From Eledone cirrhosa (Eukaryota), in NCBI GenBank assembly GCA_964016885.1, contig OZ024752.1, positions 12,338,001-12,402,000 of the forward strand: a stretch of DNA of 64,000 nt. Reading direction: 5' to 3'. The translations under genes and the position numbers were made by a program. The notes beneath the pieces are model-generated. The model was not told the DNA's origin, did not search any database, and worked only from the letters and a program-made list of their open reading frames with translations. The first letter of the stretch is position 1, and every line of letters starts with the position of its first letter. Below, in pieces: positions 24,687 through 39,600 of this stretch.

Positions 24687-26267
24687 TAGGTACTATCAAG
24701 GTAGTAGTAGTAGTAGTGTAGGTGCCATAAAGGTAGTAGTGGTAGTAGTAGTACTAGTAGTAGTAGTGTAGGTGCCATAAAGGTAGTAGTAGTGTAGGTA
24801 CTATCAAGGTAGTAGTAGTAGTAGTGTAGGTGCCATAAAGGTAGTAGTGGTAGTAGTACTAGTAGTAGTAGTGTAGGTGCCATAAAGGTAGTAGTGGTGG
24901 TAGTAGTAGTAGTGTAGGTGCCATCAAGGTGCTTTTGTTGTTTGGATGAAAGCGTCCATGTTGAGTTGATTTCGGCTGAGGCTGCTGGATAAATACTACT
25001 ACTACTACTACTACTACTACTATTACTGATTGCATATAGCAAGATTGGTTGAATTGTTACTTGTAGTAGTAGTGGTAGTAGTAGTAGTAGTAGTAGAGGT
25101 AGTAGTAGTAGTAGTAGTAGTAGTATACTTACAGCACCGTGACATTTCTCAGAGGGATTTTCTCGAATCACTTGGACTGCCTCAGATATATCTTTCTCGA
25201 GACGTTCAACAACCCCAGGTTCAGTATGTGCTAAAGTAACACACAGGTGAATACTAAAATATAGAAAAGAAAAAAATAACAGAAAAATAATTCTTAAATT
25301 CATTTAACTCTTTCGTATATCATGACTCATACACTTCACTTTCCTGACATTTGTATATTATTCTATGTACTATACATGCACCTTTGATGAGTTGTAGTGC
25401 ACCTGAACACTGTACACAATAATTTTCATTATTATTATTATTCTCTATATCATCATCATCATTTCATTTTATGTCCACTTTTTCCCTGCTTGCAAGGGTG
25501 GGATGGGAACTGATTCTGGCTTGATTTCTACAGCTGGATGCCCTTCCTAACACCAACCTCATTTACAGTGAGTGCTGGGTGCTTTTTTGCCGTGGCACCT
25601 CCACGACCACTTTTCAGTGGAAAGATAGGGACCCCAGTCCCTATCATCTCATTTCTACAGCTGAGTAAACTGGAGCAATGTGAAATAAAGTTTCTTGCTC
25701 AAGGAAACAACACATCACCCGGTCTGAGAATTGAACTCACAACCTTTCGATTGCAAGGCCAATGCTCTAACCACTAAGCCATGTGCCTCCTCTATATATA
25801 TATACTATTGTATTTTCGTAGTAAAGGCTTCACCTCACATCATTATCATCATCATCCTCAGCCGAAATGTACTCAACAATTGATCTCCACGTGGGTCTGT
25901 CGTTCATTGCCATTGCCAAGTCCTGGATTTCAATACCAGAACCTCTGGAGATGACATCGGGGGTAGGAGAGCTTGTGACCCCTTGTTATTAGTGACTGCC
26001 TGTGGTTTCCAAAGCACTAATGGGGACACAGCCTCATAGGTGGCACGATGGCAGTGGCCAACAAATCTTACTCTCCTTTTACATACGACAGATATGTGTG
26101 GGAGGCTGGCATATATCTCTCTCAAAGTCAGATGTCACCAGCTTATGTTGTGAATGTGTTGAAGCAGGTGAGTGTAGGTACCATCAAGATAGTAGTGGTA
26201 GTAGTAGTAGTAGTGTAGGTACTATCAAGGTAGTAGTAGTAGTAGTGTAGGTGCCATCAAGATAGTA

Positions 26268-26299
<32 letters not shown>

Positions 26300-26514
26300 G
26301 TAGGTGCCATCAAGGTAGTAGTGGTAGTAGTAGTAGTGTAGGTGCCATCAAGGTAGTAGTGGTAGTAGTAGTAGTGTAGGTGCCATCAAGGTAGTAGTGG
26401 TAGTAGTAGTAGTGTAGGTGCCATCAAGGTAGTAGTGGTAGTAGTAGTAGTGTAGGTGCCATCAAGGTAGTAGTGGTAGTAGTAGTAGTGTAGGTGCCAT
26501 CAAGATAGTAGTGC

Positions 26515-26546
<32 letters not shown>

Positions 26547-26868
26547 GTGTAGGTGCCATCAAGGTAGTAGTAGTAGTAGTAGTAGTAGTGTAGGTGCCAT
26601 AAAGGTAGTAGTGGTAGTAGTAGTAGTAGTAGTGTAGGTGCCATAACGGTAGTAGTGGTAGTAGTAGTAGTAGTAGTGTAGGTGCCATCAAGGTAGTAGT
26701 GCTGGTGGTAGTAGTAGTAGTAGTAGTAGTGTAGGTGCCATCAAGGTAGTAGTGGTGGTAGTCGTAGTAGTAGTAGTAGTGTAGGTGCCATAAATGTAGT
26801 AGTAGTAGTAGTAGTGTAGGTGCCATAAAGGTAGTAGTAGTAGTAATAGTAGTGTAGGTGCCATAAAG

Positions 26869-26925
<57 letters not shown>

Positions 26926-26983
26926 ATAGTGTAGGTGCCATAAAGGTAGTAGTAGTAGTGTAGGTGCCATAAAGGTAGTAGTG

Positions 26984-27015
<32 letters not shown>

Positions 27016-30000
27016 GTAGGTGCCATAAAGGTAGTAGTGGTAGTAGTAGTAGTAGTAGTGTAGGTGCCATAAAGGTTGTAGTGGTAGTAGTAGTAGTGTA
27101 GGTGCCATCAAGGCACATAATATCTCACATTAGATTTTGATATTACTGTAAAAAATACCTTAACATCGGTATGAGTTGCCGGTTACAGCTGGTTTGAACA
27201 GAAAGGTGAGAGAATTCTGGCCAGATATGACTGGTTTAAATGCTGAAGGGTTAAACCAACAGACAGTCCTTCATATTATCATTTGTTTCTTTAACTGTTT
27301 TGATACCAAACTACCTGAAGTTGCCTCTGGCTCTATCATACTAAGCTATTTGGTTAATATAAAGCATTGTAAGGTAATAAATGACTACCAATTTACCAAC
27401 TTTATTTCAGTTATAATGACAGACAATTCAGTGAGTGGAGAACAATCCAGGGACTTCTCACACCTGTTGATGGAATCCATCCTTGATTGACCTCCACCAC
27501 AGTCTGTTTGGTTTGGGTCATGTCAGGGGTGTAGCCATACTCACCAAGCTTGGCTAATTGTGGGATGGTGAGGCTATTTAACCCATGCTTGGGGTGGATG
27601 GCTGTTGACTGAGGTGTTCACCAGCCATAGACAATGTTGGGTTTAGGACAAATGAAGCCCTCTGCTAGTTAAGTTATGCTAGTTAAAAAAATTTTTGGCA
27701 TGAAGATGGCAGTATCAGTAGAGGGTCAGATGCCATGCTTTGCAGCACAGTAACGTCCCTTTACGAACTGAGTTCAAATCCCGCCACGGTTAACTTTGCC
27801 TTTCATCCTTACGTGGTCGATAAAATAAAGTACCAGTAATGTACTGGCTAATTGCTGGCCTTGTGCCAAAAGTAGAAACAATTATCATCAACATCATTTA
27901 ATAACCAATCTCCAGCGAGTGTTGGTCAGATCGTCAAAGACCAAGTTGGTACTTAATCAAAGCTACTGACCTCTCAGATGTGCTGGGGCTACATTTCACA
28001 TATGTTCCCACACACTTTCTCTCTACATAGTGCATTTTATTGTGACACCAGCACTAGGGAGGTTGCCATGTCTCTGACACAATTGAAAAGTCCTCTATAC
28101 CTTTTCTTTGGCCAGTTTTCTATGGTTAAATACCCATCCTATCTCTAACTATTTTACAGAGTGTACTGGCTGTGTTTTATTGTTTCATAGCACCAGAAAT
28201 GTCAAAAAAAGAATGTTCTTGACTCTTTGTCTGGCATGGTTTTTATGGCTAAATGCCATTTACAGTCTTACAGGGTGTACTGGGTGCTTTCCTTGTAACA
28301 CCAGCACTTTAGTACTTGTCATTTTGGGACTGAAGGGCCCTCTCAATCCTTTTCCTTGGTTTCTACAGCAATATAAGAAGACATTTATTTTACCAGAAAC
28401 ACTAGACATACTCAAACTTACGAAGGAGGAAATTGCAGTGGATTTAGGGTCCATCCTTTTTCAGTAAGAGCATCAGATAGGCGATAAATATCAAATTCCT
28501 TTGAACCAAAAGCAACAACAGACATCTTGGGATCCCCATGGACATCAATACCATTGATATTCTTCACACTGGAATGGAAATGAGCAAATTTTAGATTACT
28601 TAATATTCTGGTAGGACTAGGTTCAGAGAAACATTTTACTTCAGCACTACAAAGTAACAAACATATTACTTTTAGATGACTCCCATTACTCGCAGAAGTG
28701 AGTTATGGAAATGTGCAAATTTTTAGATTACCATATTTCCCGGCACCGAAGCCACTTCGTCCTCAAGGACGCACCCTAATTTTGACGACCAAAACTTTGA
28801 AAATAAATAATAAACAACCTTCAGCTTCCAAGACGCATGGTAGATTTTTCAGACTTATTTTAGGGGAAAAGTAGCGTCTTTGACGCCAGGAAAAATGGTA
28901 TTTAATGTTCTGGTAGGACTAGGACACTACAAAATAACTAACATATTACTTTTAGATGACTCCTACTACTCACAGAAGTGAGTTATGTTAGTATGTGGTG
29001 TTTAGCTACACATAAGTAAACTCAGACATTTACAGCAAAGCTTTACTCCACTTGTGCCATTCCTTTGTCATCTCCTTCCTCTTTACTGTCTACTTAGAGT
29101 TCTGGCATTTCTTCATCTAACAGTCATCATCCATACACATCACATGTCCATACCAGTGCAGTCCTTCCGTGCACACTGCATCTGTTGTGCTCTGCTGGTT
29201 AATGTTTTATCATTCATGTACACAGCAGAGTATATTAGCATGATTTATTTCTTCACACATCCTCTGCATTTAATGTACAAGTCTCACTACCATGCAGCAA
29301 AACTACATTATATACACAAGTATCCTATTCCGTATTTCCCGGTGCCGAAGTCGCTTCGTCCTCAAGGACGCACTCTAATTTTGACAACCAAAAATTTGAA
29401 AAAAATAATGATAAACAACCTTCGGCCTCCCAGGGGCATGGTAGATTTTTGAGACTTATTTTAAAAAAATAGTAGCCTCTTTGACGCCGGGAAATACAGT
29501 ACCTTGTGGGGTGGTATTTATTCCAGCTCCTTGCATTTTGAGTTCAAATTTTGTCAATGTTCACTTTGCATTTAATTTTTCAAGGGTCGTCAAAGTACCA
29601 GTCATGTAAGGAGGGGGCTGATGGAATCATGAGGGCCCTAAAACAGGATGAATTACAGTATTTGTTCTAGAACTTTACATTCTGAGTTCAAATCTTCCCA
29701 TGAAGTATTTGATCAGTAGGTTTAATCTGTCATTCAGTCTAACACCACCATCTGGCTCATGAGGAAGGGCACCTAGTGATAGAAACCTACACCTGGTTCA
29801 CTCCTGTAACATGTGTGAGGAAGATAAAAACCTCAAGTGATAAAAACCATACCAAATATGGAATATATAAGCAAGACAGGTCACTCTGACCCATCTCGTC
29901 TTAAACCATAACAACACATCCAACCCATGATAGAATGGAAGATGGACGTAAAATGTTGATAATGCTGATTAAATTAAAATTTAATTGAATTTAGTTAAAA

Positions 30001-30214
30001 GAAATGAAAAGCTAGAATTATAAATATTGTAGTTACACTTTAGTAATGGCTCGTGCTGTAGAGATGATCTTCCAAGCAGCATCAACGTAACCATCTACCC
30101 CTGTAAACATCATTGTGGCCCAACATGTGGCAATCTCTGAACCTGCTCGGCTGCCTAAAATAGAATAATATAAAATTAAATTAAAATTTATGTTATGTAA
30201 AGCATTCTTTATCA

Positions 30215-30247
<33 letters not shown>

Positions 30248-30439
30248 TGTGTCATTGTTGTTCATGCTGTTTATGTTATGTAAAGCATTCTTTATCATTG
30301 GGTGTGAGTATGAGAGAAACAGAGAGAGAGAGAAAGAGAAACACAGAGAGAGAGAGAGAGATATTGTATCATTATTGTGGATGTTTATATTATGTAAAGC
30401 ATTCTATATCACGTGGGTGTGATAGAGATATATATATAC

Positions 30440-30472
<33 letters not shown>

Positions 30473-30548
30473 TAAATATATATAGAGAGAGAGAGTTAGA
30501 TATAGATAGAGAGAGAGATATACACATATATATAGAGAGAGAGAGAGT

Positions 30549-30615
<67 letters not shown>

Positions 30616-33600
30616 TGTGTCATTGTTGTTAGCATTGCTAATAAAATAAAGTACCAGTATCACACTGGGGTCGAATTATTCAACTTTCCCCCCTTCCCTT
30701 CAAACAGCTAGCCTTTTCTGCTGGAATCCACTCGATAGTGCAGGCCAGCCTTTCAATATTCATAGCTGAGCTTTCAAAATGTTTATCTATTAAACATACC
30801 GTATATTTTTAGATATACGAAATTCACATACATGTATGTATACAGCTATACCGAAGATAAATTTTAATTCTAGAAACAAATATTACAGTGAAAAGAAGAA
30901 ACAGAAGAGTTTAACATTTTGGACTCGAGTCCTTCATCGAGACAAGGGGTGGGGGGGGAGTAAAAAGAAAAGGACAGTCCAGTATCAGTTGATGGTGAAT
31001 TGTCAGAAGTATAAGAATGGCATTAGAGTGGACAAAAGAGAATATCTACATAGTTGACCTGCAGAAAATAGAAGTAGGTGGGTGGAGCAGATGATTGAAA
31101 AGTGTAGAGAACAGAAAAATAAGAATAGAACAAAAAACTACTAATAGATACCTGCAAATGTAGGAGTAGCATATATTCCTCCGGGCCAATTTGTGATACT
31201 AAACCACTGGAACTTACGATAACTGGGGTCTTTGTACATCAAAACAGCTGAACCTTTTGGTGTTTGGCCATACTGAAAATGTTTAAAATATTTGATAAAA
31301 TGAAATTTAATCCCTTCATTACCTACTATCATAATATAATAAAGGGAGGGATGCAGGACTGTGTCCTGTTGATAGTTATTTATCTCGTTAGTAAAATAAG
31401 TTGGATTACTTTGAATAAATAATTGTTTCTACATTTGGCACAAGGCCAGCAATTATCCTAGTGTATTACTGGTACTTTATTTTATCGACCCCGTAAGGAT
31501 GAAAGGCAAAGTTAACCTCGGCGGGATTTGAACTCAGACAGTAAAGGGCCGTAACTCTATGCTGCAAAGCATGGTGTCCGACCCTCTACCGATATTGCTA
31601 TTCCATCCCCCCTTTGAATAAATAATGAATGAATATTACATAATTTATGTACTAAATTCCGTAGCTGTTGATTAAACATAAATATTCTTATATATAATTG
31701 TTTCTACTTTTGGCACAAGGCCAGCAATTACCCAGAACATTACTGGTACTTTATTTTATCGACCTCGTAAGGATGAAAGGCAAAGTTAACCTTGGTGGGA
31801 TTTGAACTCAGACTGTAAAGGGACGTAACTATGCTAGAAAGCATGGCGTCCAACCCTCTACCGATACTGCCAATTCACCGCCCTGTCATATTGTGTTGCT
31901 TGTTTTAAAATTCACTTCTTTAAAATTTTCAAATGTCAATACTTCCGGTTATAATATAACGGACGCTATATTATATTGCTTATATAAACATTCATATATT
32001 TGCATCATAACGTTTATATTTCTGTTGCTAATTTTCTTCTTTTTCATTTTCATTACATTTCACCGTAATACAGTTTATATATAATATCATCTTATTTTAA
32101 TGTATCATGGATTACTTTACTGATTACAGAAGACGGTGTAACACAGTCTCTCTTCAATTTCTGTGTATATTCTCAATTACGATTTTATTTGATGTATCAT
32201 ACCTACATGTATATATATTTGCATATACAAGGGTAATCCCAAAGTAACGTTTCCTTCTGAGGAAAACATGCGTAAAAACCGGCGGATCACTCTGGATGCT
32301 CTCTGCATTTTGGTTCCTGAGGTTTCCCGAAGCACCACCCACAGGATTTTAATGAAAAAGTTGCAATATCGGAAGGAGACCTTACTTTTGGGATTGCCCT
32401 CGTAATATCAATATGCACACTACACATGTTAGCAGAAAAACACCCGAAGAGTGATTTTCTGCTATTATTTCTAAGGTGGATTGGCAGTATCGGTAGAGGG
32501 TCGGACGCCATGCTTTCCAGCATAGTTACGTCCCTTTACGAACTGAGTTCAAATCCCGCCGAGGTTGACTTTGCCTTTCATCCTTACGGGGTCGATAAAA
32601 TAAAGTACCAGTAATGCACTGGGTAATTGCTGGCCTTGTGCCTAAAGTAGAAACAATTATTTCTAATGTGTTTCTATGCCTGTTTTAAGTAATTTTGAAA
32701 ATAGTATAAAATAACAATATAATACAATAAAATAACATTATCATCATCATTTTTACGTCCATTTTTCCAAGCTTACATGGGCTGGACAGGTCCTTCTCAG
32801 TACAGCATCTCTTCACTTACTGTGTTTCTTCATCATCTCTTGTACGAGTCTCAGCAAGTTGAGGTCAGCTCTCACCACCTCTGCTCAGATCTTTCTTGGT
32901 AACTGCAACTTCCTTCTACTGACATTTCTTCACCCATCAGTCATCATTCATGTGCATCACATCTCCATACCAAGGCAGTCTTCTCTCCTGCACACCACCT
33001 CACATTTCTCTTAAACTCAGTTTCTCCCTCAGTTCATTCAAGCTCTGCCTTTCTCTCACACTTACATTGCACATGTTATTTCCTTCATAACACTGGTCAG
33101 CTTGGACCTGTGCTATTTCTATTATAACACCGGTCAGCTTGGACCTGTGGTATTTCCTTCATAACACTGGTCAGCTTGGACCTGTGCTATTTCTATTATA
33201 ACACCGGTCAGCTTGGACCTGTGGTATTTCCTTCATAACACTGGTCAGCTTAGACCTGTGGTATTTCTATTATAACACCGGTCAGCTTGGACCTGTGGTA
33301 TTTCCTTTATATTACAGGTCAGCTTAGACCTGTGGTATTTCCTTCATAACACTGGTCAGCTTGGACCTGTGCTATTTCTATTATAACACCGGTCAGCTTG
33401 GACCTGTGGTATTTCCTTCATAACACTGGTCAGCTTGGACCTGTGCTATTTCTATTATAACACCGGTCAGCTTGGACCTGTGGTATTTCCTTCATAACAC
33501 TGGTCAGCTTAGACCTGTGGTATTTCTATTATAACACCGGTCAGCTTGGACCTGTGGTATTTCCTTTATATTACAGGTCAGCTTGGACTTGTGGTATTTC

Positions 33601-36600
33601 CTTCATAACACTGGTCAGCTTGGACCTGTGCTATTTCTATTATAACACCAGTCAGCTTGGACCTCCGGTATTTCCTTCATATTACAGGTCAGCTTGGACC
33701 TGTGTTATTTCCTTCATAAAACTGATTAATTTGGTCCTATGTTATTTCTATTATAACACCGGTCAGCTTGGACCTGTGGTATTTCCTTCATAACACTGGT
33801 CAGCTTAGACCTGTGGTATTTCTATTATAACACCGGTCAGCTTGGACCTGTGGTATTTCCTTTATATTACAGGTCAGCTTGGACTTGTGGTATTTCCTTC
33901 ATAACACTGGTCAGCTTGGACCTGTGCTATTTCTATTATAACACCAGTCAGCTTGGACCTCCGGTATTTCCTTCATATTACAGGTCAGCTTGGACCTGTG
34001 TTATTTCCTTCATAAAACTGATTAATTTGGTCCTATGTTATTTCTATTATAACACCGGTCAGCTTGGACCTGTGGTATTTCCTTCATGTCACTGGTCAGC
34101 TAGGACCTATGTTATTTCTTTTATATCACCGGTCAGTTTGGCCCTATGTTATTTCCTTCATAATACTGGTCAGCTTGGACATATGTTATTTCCTTTATAT
34201 CACTGGTCAGCTTGGACCTGTGGTATTTCCTTCATATTACTGGTCAGCTTGGACCTGTGGTATTTCCTTCATAAAACTGATCAGCTAGGACCTATGTTAT
34301 TTCCTTCATAAAACTGGTCAACTTGGACCTGTGGTATTTCCTTCATAATACTGGTCAACTTGGTCCTGTGCTAATTCCTTTATGAGATTCAGTTCCTGAA
34401 GGTCATTCTTCACAACTTCATCCAAATATTTATTGAAAAGATACATAACATGATGAGAAAAACAGTTTCAAAAACAAATTTTTTTACCTTGTGTGTATCT
34501 GCTGAAATACTTGTGACACCAGGGAGTCGGAAATCAACCGTTTCAATGGCAAAACCAGCTTTCTCAAGAAATGGAACAAGGAAACCACCCAAACAGCAAT
34601 CACAGTGAACTGGAATGTTGTACTTTAAACCAAGCTAGAGAAATTATTTTAGAAATAAATTACAATGAAATCATATTATTATGTGAATTTTGTATATTTA
34701 CTAATAAACATTTAAAAGCCTTGCAGCGATGAATTTTGGAAGCTGATAGCTAGCGCCATCTAGTGGAGTCCAGCAGAGGCAGTAGAGGACAACTATCAAC
34801 GATTGTTTCTAGCTTGTGGCCATTATCAAGATAGTGTTGCCCACACCCTGCTCTCTGCTGGATGGTCTTAGCTGTCAGCTTCCAAAATTCATAGCTAGAA
34901 GGCTTTCAAATGTTTATTTATAAACTGAGGATTATTTTAAAGGTACACACATCTGTGGAATGCTCAGCCACTTGCACTATAGTACAAGACAGACTGTACC
35001 TGTAGTTCAAAGAGCCAGTCTTTTCACACACTGTATCACACTGAATCTCCCTGACAATCAGATCAAAGATACACATGTGTGTGGAATGCTCAGCCACTTG
35101 GACATTAATTTCATAAGCATACTGATCAAACAACTAAAAAACTCATCATCAGATCTGACAAAGATCCAACACACTCCAAAAAACATGCAATAAAAATATG
35201 TTAAAAGCGATATTTACCTCAGAGATTTCCTCTATTGGATCAATAATACCGTGTGGAAACTGGGGAGCTGAGCCAACTAACTGTAAAAGAAAGAATATTT
35301 CAGTAAGACTTCTTTACAAAATAAGGTTTGGGAGGACCCTTCAGTTGTGCCAAGGAAATGGCGGCCTCCCCAGTTTTGGTGATCTATATGATAAACAAAC
35401 CCAGGACATGCTGTAAAGTGGTTGGTGATAGAAGGGCAACCAGCTGTCCAGTTGTAGAAAGCTTGCCAAACAAAGGTTTGGAAGGACTCTTTAGTCATGT
35501 CAAAGAGATGACAACCTCTCCAGTACACTCAGTAGAACATAAGACCATACAGAAGTGAGATGCAGACATCTGGTTTGTCTGGGAGGTCAGTAGCCCAGTT
35601 TCAGTACTGACTTGGCCTATGTAGACCCATCCAACGCTTGCTAGCAGAGATAGCAAATGTTAAAATGGTGATGATGATGATTACTTTTCAAAATACTTAA
35701 CCTTGCCAATGAGAATGTCAGCTCTACGTGGCCACTCGACCTGTTAGAAATAGCTAGGTCTGGTCACTCATGTTACAGTGTTGGTCTTTTGTATTATGGC
35801 ATACTGCCAGTTCGGTCCTTCAGTTTCTTAATGTCATTCTTCAACTCAGAACATAGACAAATGTGACTAATGCCAATCATCCGATTTTCCGGCCTGAGCC
35901 ATGCATTGTGTCCTTGAGGAAAACACTATTTCCTGTTCCTCTTTCTGCCAGGAGTTGCAACCAGTAGATGGTATCAACAATGGAAAGAGCAATGGAAACA
36001 TTGTTTCCTTGGTCCGATTAGACAAGTTTTACTCACATGGTTATCAAATCAGATCTGGAATCTTGTCGATCGATTTTATCAGTTAGTCTGAACAAGGGAC
36101 AGGGCCCATGACACTTATCAGGGCCTTTGAAACAGGTGGGAAAGAAAGAGAAAAGTATCCTCAAAACAGCAACCTGGCCCAAATGTTTGTACCAGGGTGA
36201 CCTTTGCTAAAGACACTCAAAGGCTAGGTAGTGGCATTAAACCAAATGATAGATTATGTCTAAAACCAAAGTAGGCCACAGCAAGATTTTAATTCAGTAT
36301 GTACAGGGTTGGAACAAATACCACAAAGCATACCATCTGATGCTCTAACGATTCCACAAGTGCCAAACCCCAGGAAGGTCATTTGGCCATACAATATTGT
36401 GTGGAAAGTCTCCTCCAGCCTCTGCCAGCATGAACAAATGGATGTAATCCCACCCACCATCATTATCATTTTAACATCCATTTTTTTTCCAGCTAGAAAG
36501 GGGTGAATGGGTCATCATGGACCAAGCAAGTACTTAATCTGAGCTACTGACCTCTTTGACGTGCTGGGCTCCCACATCTTGCTTACATATGTTCCTGCAC

Positions 36601-39600
36601 TCTACTGAGGGCACTTGGTGCATTTTATAGTGGCATCAGTACTAGGGAGGTTATCATGTCATTTACACAATTGAAGAATCCTCCCAGCCCTTTGTTTGAC
36701 ATGGTTTCTATAGCTAGACACCCCTATAACCAACCACCTTTCAGGGTGTACCGGGTACATATTTCATGTCACCAACATTAGGGAGATTGTCATATCTTTG
36801 ACACAGCTGAAGTGTCGTTCCAAACCTTTTTTGGCAGGTTTTAAAAAAGTGGAGGTGTATGGCCTAGTGGTGTGTTGGACTCATGACCATAATGTTAAGG
36901 GTTCGATTGCTGGACTGGGTTGTGTGTTGTGTTCTGTGGGGATATGGGGGGGGGGGGGGCTAGTGGTGTGTTGGAGTCATGACCATAATGTCATGGGTTC
37001 GATTGCTGGACTGGGTTGTGTGTTGTGTTCATCATCATCATCATCATCATCATCAATTAACGTCTATCTTCCATGCTAGCATGGGTTGGATGGGTCCCAT
37101 TTAGAAGCAAGTTGGGTCAGGTGACCATGTCTTGCTCATATAGAGGTGTTTCTGGCTGGTTTTCTGCGGCTGGATGCCCTTCCTAATGCCAACCACATTG
37201 ACAGTGTGGGCTGGGTGCTTTTTGCCCTGTCTTTTACACGTCCACTTTACAGTGTGGGCTGGGGAGGGGCTTGTGGTGTGTTGGAGTCATGATCATAATG
37301 CCATGGCTTCCACTGCTGGACTGGGTTGTGTGTTGTGCTCTTCAGCAAAACACTTCATTTCACATTGCTCCAATATACTCAGCTGAAAATGAGTACCAGA
37401 ATTACCTGGGGGATTAACCCTGTGATTGACTGGCATCCTATCCAGGGGAAAGTCTTGTACTCTCAGTCCCTTAAAGCCATGGAAACCATGATAAACACCG
37501 GCCTGATGAGTCTCTGGGCTCGAGACAGACTTTAGACCTTTTCTTTTTTAATAGAAAAAAAATAATAAAAGAGAAATTAATTGTTTGAATCTTACTTACA
37601 AGACATGTGTTTTTATTGATGGCTCGTTTCATAGCTTTAACATCAACTTTCATTGTAACAGGATCTACTGCTATATGAGTCAACCTCATTCTCAATACCA
37701 TGGCAGCCTAGAAGATTAATAGATGATTAAAAGACGAAGATTAATAGATGATTAAAAACAACCACAGTTACTATTGTTTGCTAAACAAAAGAAGGTTCCA
37801 TTAGTTGATTTTATCCAACACAATACCATTATTACTGAAGAAAGGCAGTGGATTGGCAGTATCGGTAGAGGGTCGGACGCCATGCTAGGGTGGTGGATTG
37901 GCAGTATCGGTAGAGGGTCGGACGCCATGCTAGGGTGGTGGATTGGCAGTATCGGTAGAGGGTTGGACACCATGCTAGGGTGGTGGATTGGCAGTATCGG
38001 TAGAGGGTCGGACGCCATGCTAGGGTGGTGGATTGGCAGTATCGGTAGAGGGTCGGACGCCATGCTAGGGTGGTGGATTGGCAGTATCGGTAGAGGGTCG
38101 GACGCCATGCTAGGGTGGTGGATTGGCAGTATCGGTAGAGGGTCGGACGCCATGCTAGGGTGGTGGATTGGCAGTATCGGTAGAGGGTCGGACGCCATGC
38201 TAGGGTGGTGGATTGGCAGTATCGGTAGAGGGTCGGACGCCATGCTAGGGTGGTGGATTGGCAGTATCGGTAGAGGGTTGGACACCATGCTAGGGTGGTG
38301 GATTGGCAGCATCGGTAGAGGGTCGGACGCCATGCTAGGGTGGTGGATTGGCAGTATCGGTAGAGGGTCGGACGCCATGCTAGGGTGGTGGATTGGCAGT
38401 ATCGGTAGAGGGTTGGACACCATGCTAGGGTGGTGGATTGGCAGTATCGGTAGAGGGTCGGACACCATGCTAGGGTGGTGGATTGGCAGCATCGGTAGAG
38501 GGTCGGACACCATGCTTTGCAGCATAGTTACGGCTCTTTATGATCTGAGCTCAAAATGCCGCCGAAGTTAACTTTGCTTTTCATCCTCATGGGGTCGATA
38601 AAATAAAGTACCAGTCACGCACTGGGGTCGATTTAATCGACTTTCCCCTCCCCCCAAATTACTGGCCTTGTGCCTATATAAGAAACCATTATTACTGAAG
38701 AAGGGCGGTGAATTGGCAGTATCGGTAGAGGGTCGGACACCATGCTTTGACGCACAGTTACAGCCCTTGCCATTCTGAGTTTGAATCCCGCCGAGGTTAA
38801 CTTTAACTTTGCCTTTCATCCTTACGGGGTCGATAAAATAAAGTACCAGTAATGTACTGGGTAATTACTGGCCTTGTGCCAAAAAGTAGAAACAATTATT
38901 ACTGAAGAAGGGTGGTGGATTGGCCATATCGGTAGAGGCTCGGACGCCATGCTTTGCAGCAAAGAGTTACGGCCCTTTATGGTCTGAGTTCAAATCCCGC
39001 CGAGGTTAACTTTGCCTTTCATCCTTACAAGGTCGATAAAATGAAGTACCAGTAATACACTGGGATAATTGCTGGCCTTGTTCCAAAAGCAGAAACAATT
39101 ATTACTGAAGACTACAATATTTAATGAGCACAGAATGACAGGCAAGTTGACCACAGCATGATTTCAATACATCATCATCATCATCATCATCATACATCTG
39201 CTTTCAGCACTGCCATGGGTTGAAGTCAGATGGGTCAGAACAATCTATCTTTTGCTCATTATGTTCCATATGTAGCAGGTTTTCTAAAGATGGATGCCCT
39301 TCTTAACCCTTTCATGACTTTATTTCTAACTAAATATACTCTATGTTAATTAATTAATGAAGAATTTTGAGGGATTTACTAAAATTATTAATTATTTCAT
39401 TACTAAGATAGTAACTTAATGTAAGGTTCTTATATAAAATTATGTTGGAAGATTTTAATTTAAATCGGAAACCTTTAAAATGGGTGACTTTATTTCATAG
39501 AACCAGGGACAGTTTTGGTCAGGTTGGTAACTAAAGTGTCAACCACTTAACAGAGTATATTGGGAGCATTATTTATGACACCAGCACTACCATTTTACAG

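Noticed and set aside
26171-27113. CRISPR-like constant repeat with variable spacers
   Set aside because: The spacers are just (GTA)n of varying length, the DNA is eukaryotic and there are no cas genes.
37483-37535. GAAAC...CTGATGA as a hammerhead
   Set aside because: The element order and stems do not fit any hammerhead topology; it is the SINE's LINE-derived 3' stem-loop.
37752-38571. 257/265-aa ORFs, and possible tRNA genes
   Set aside because: It is an array of SINE heads; no complete cloverleaf is present.
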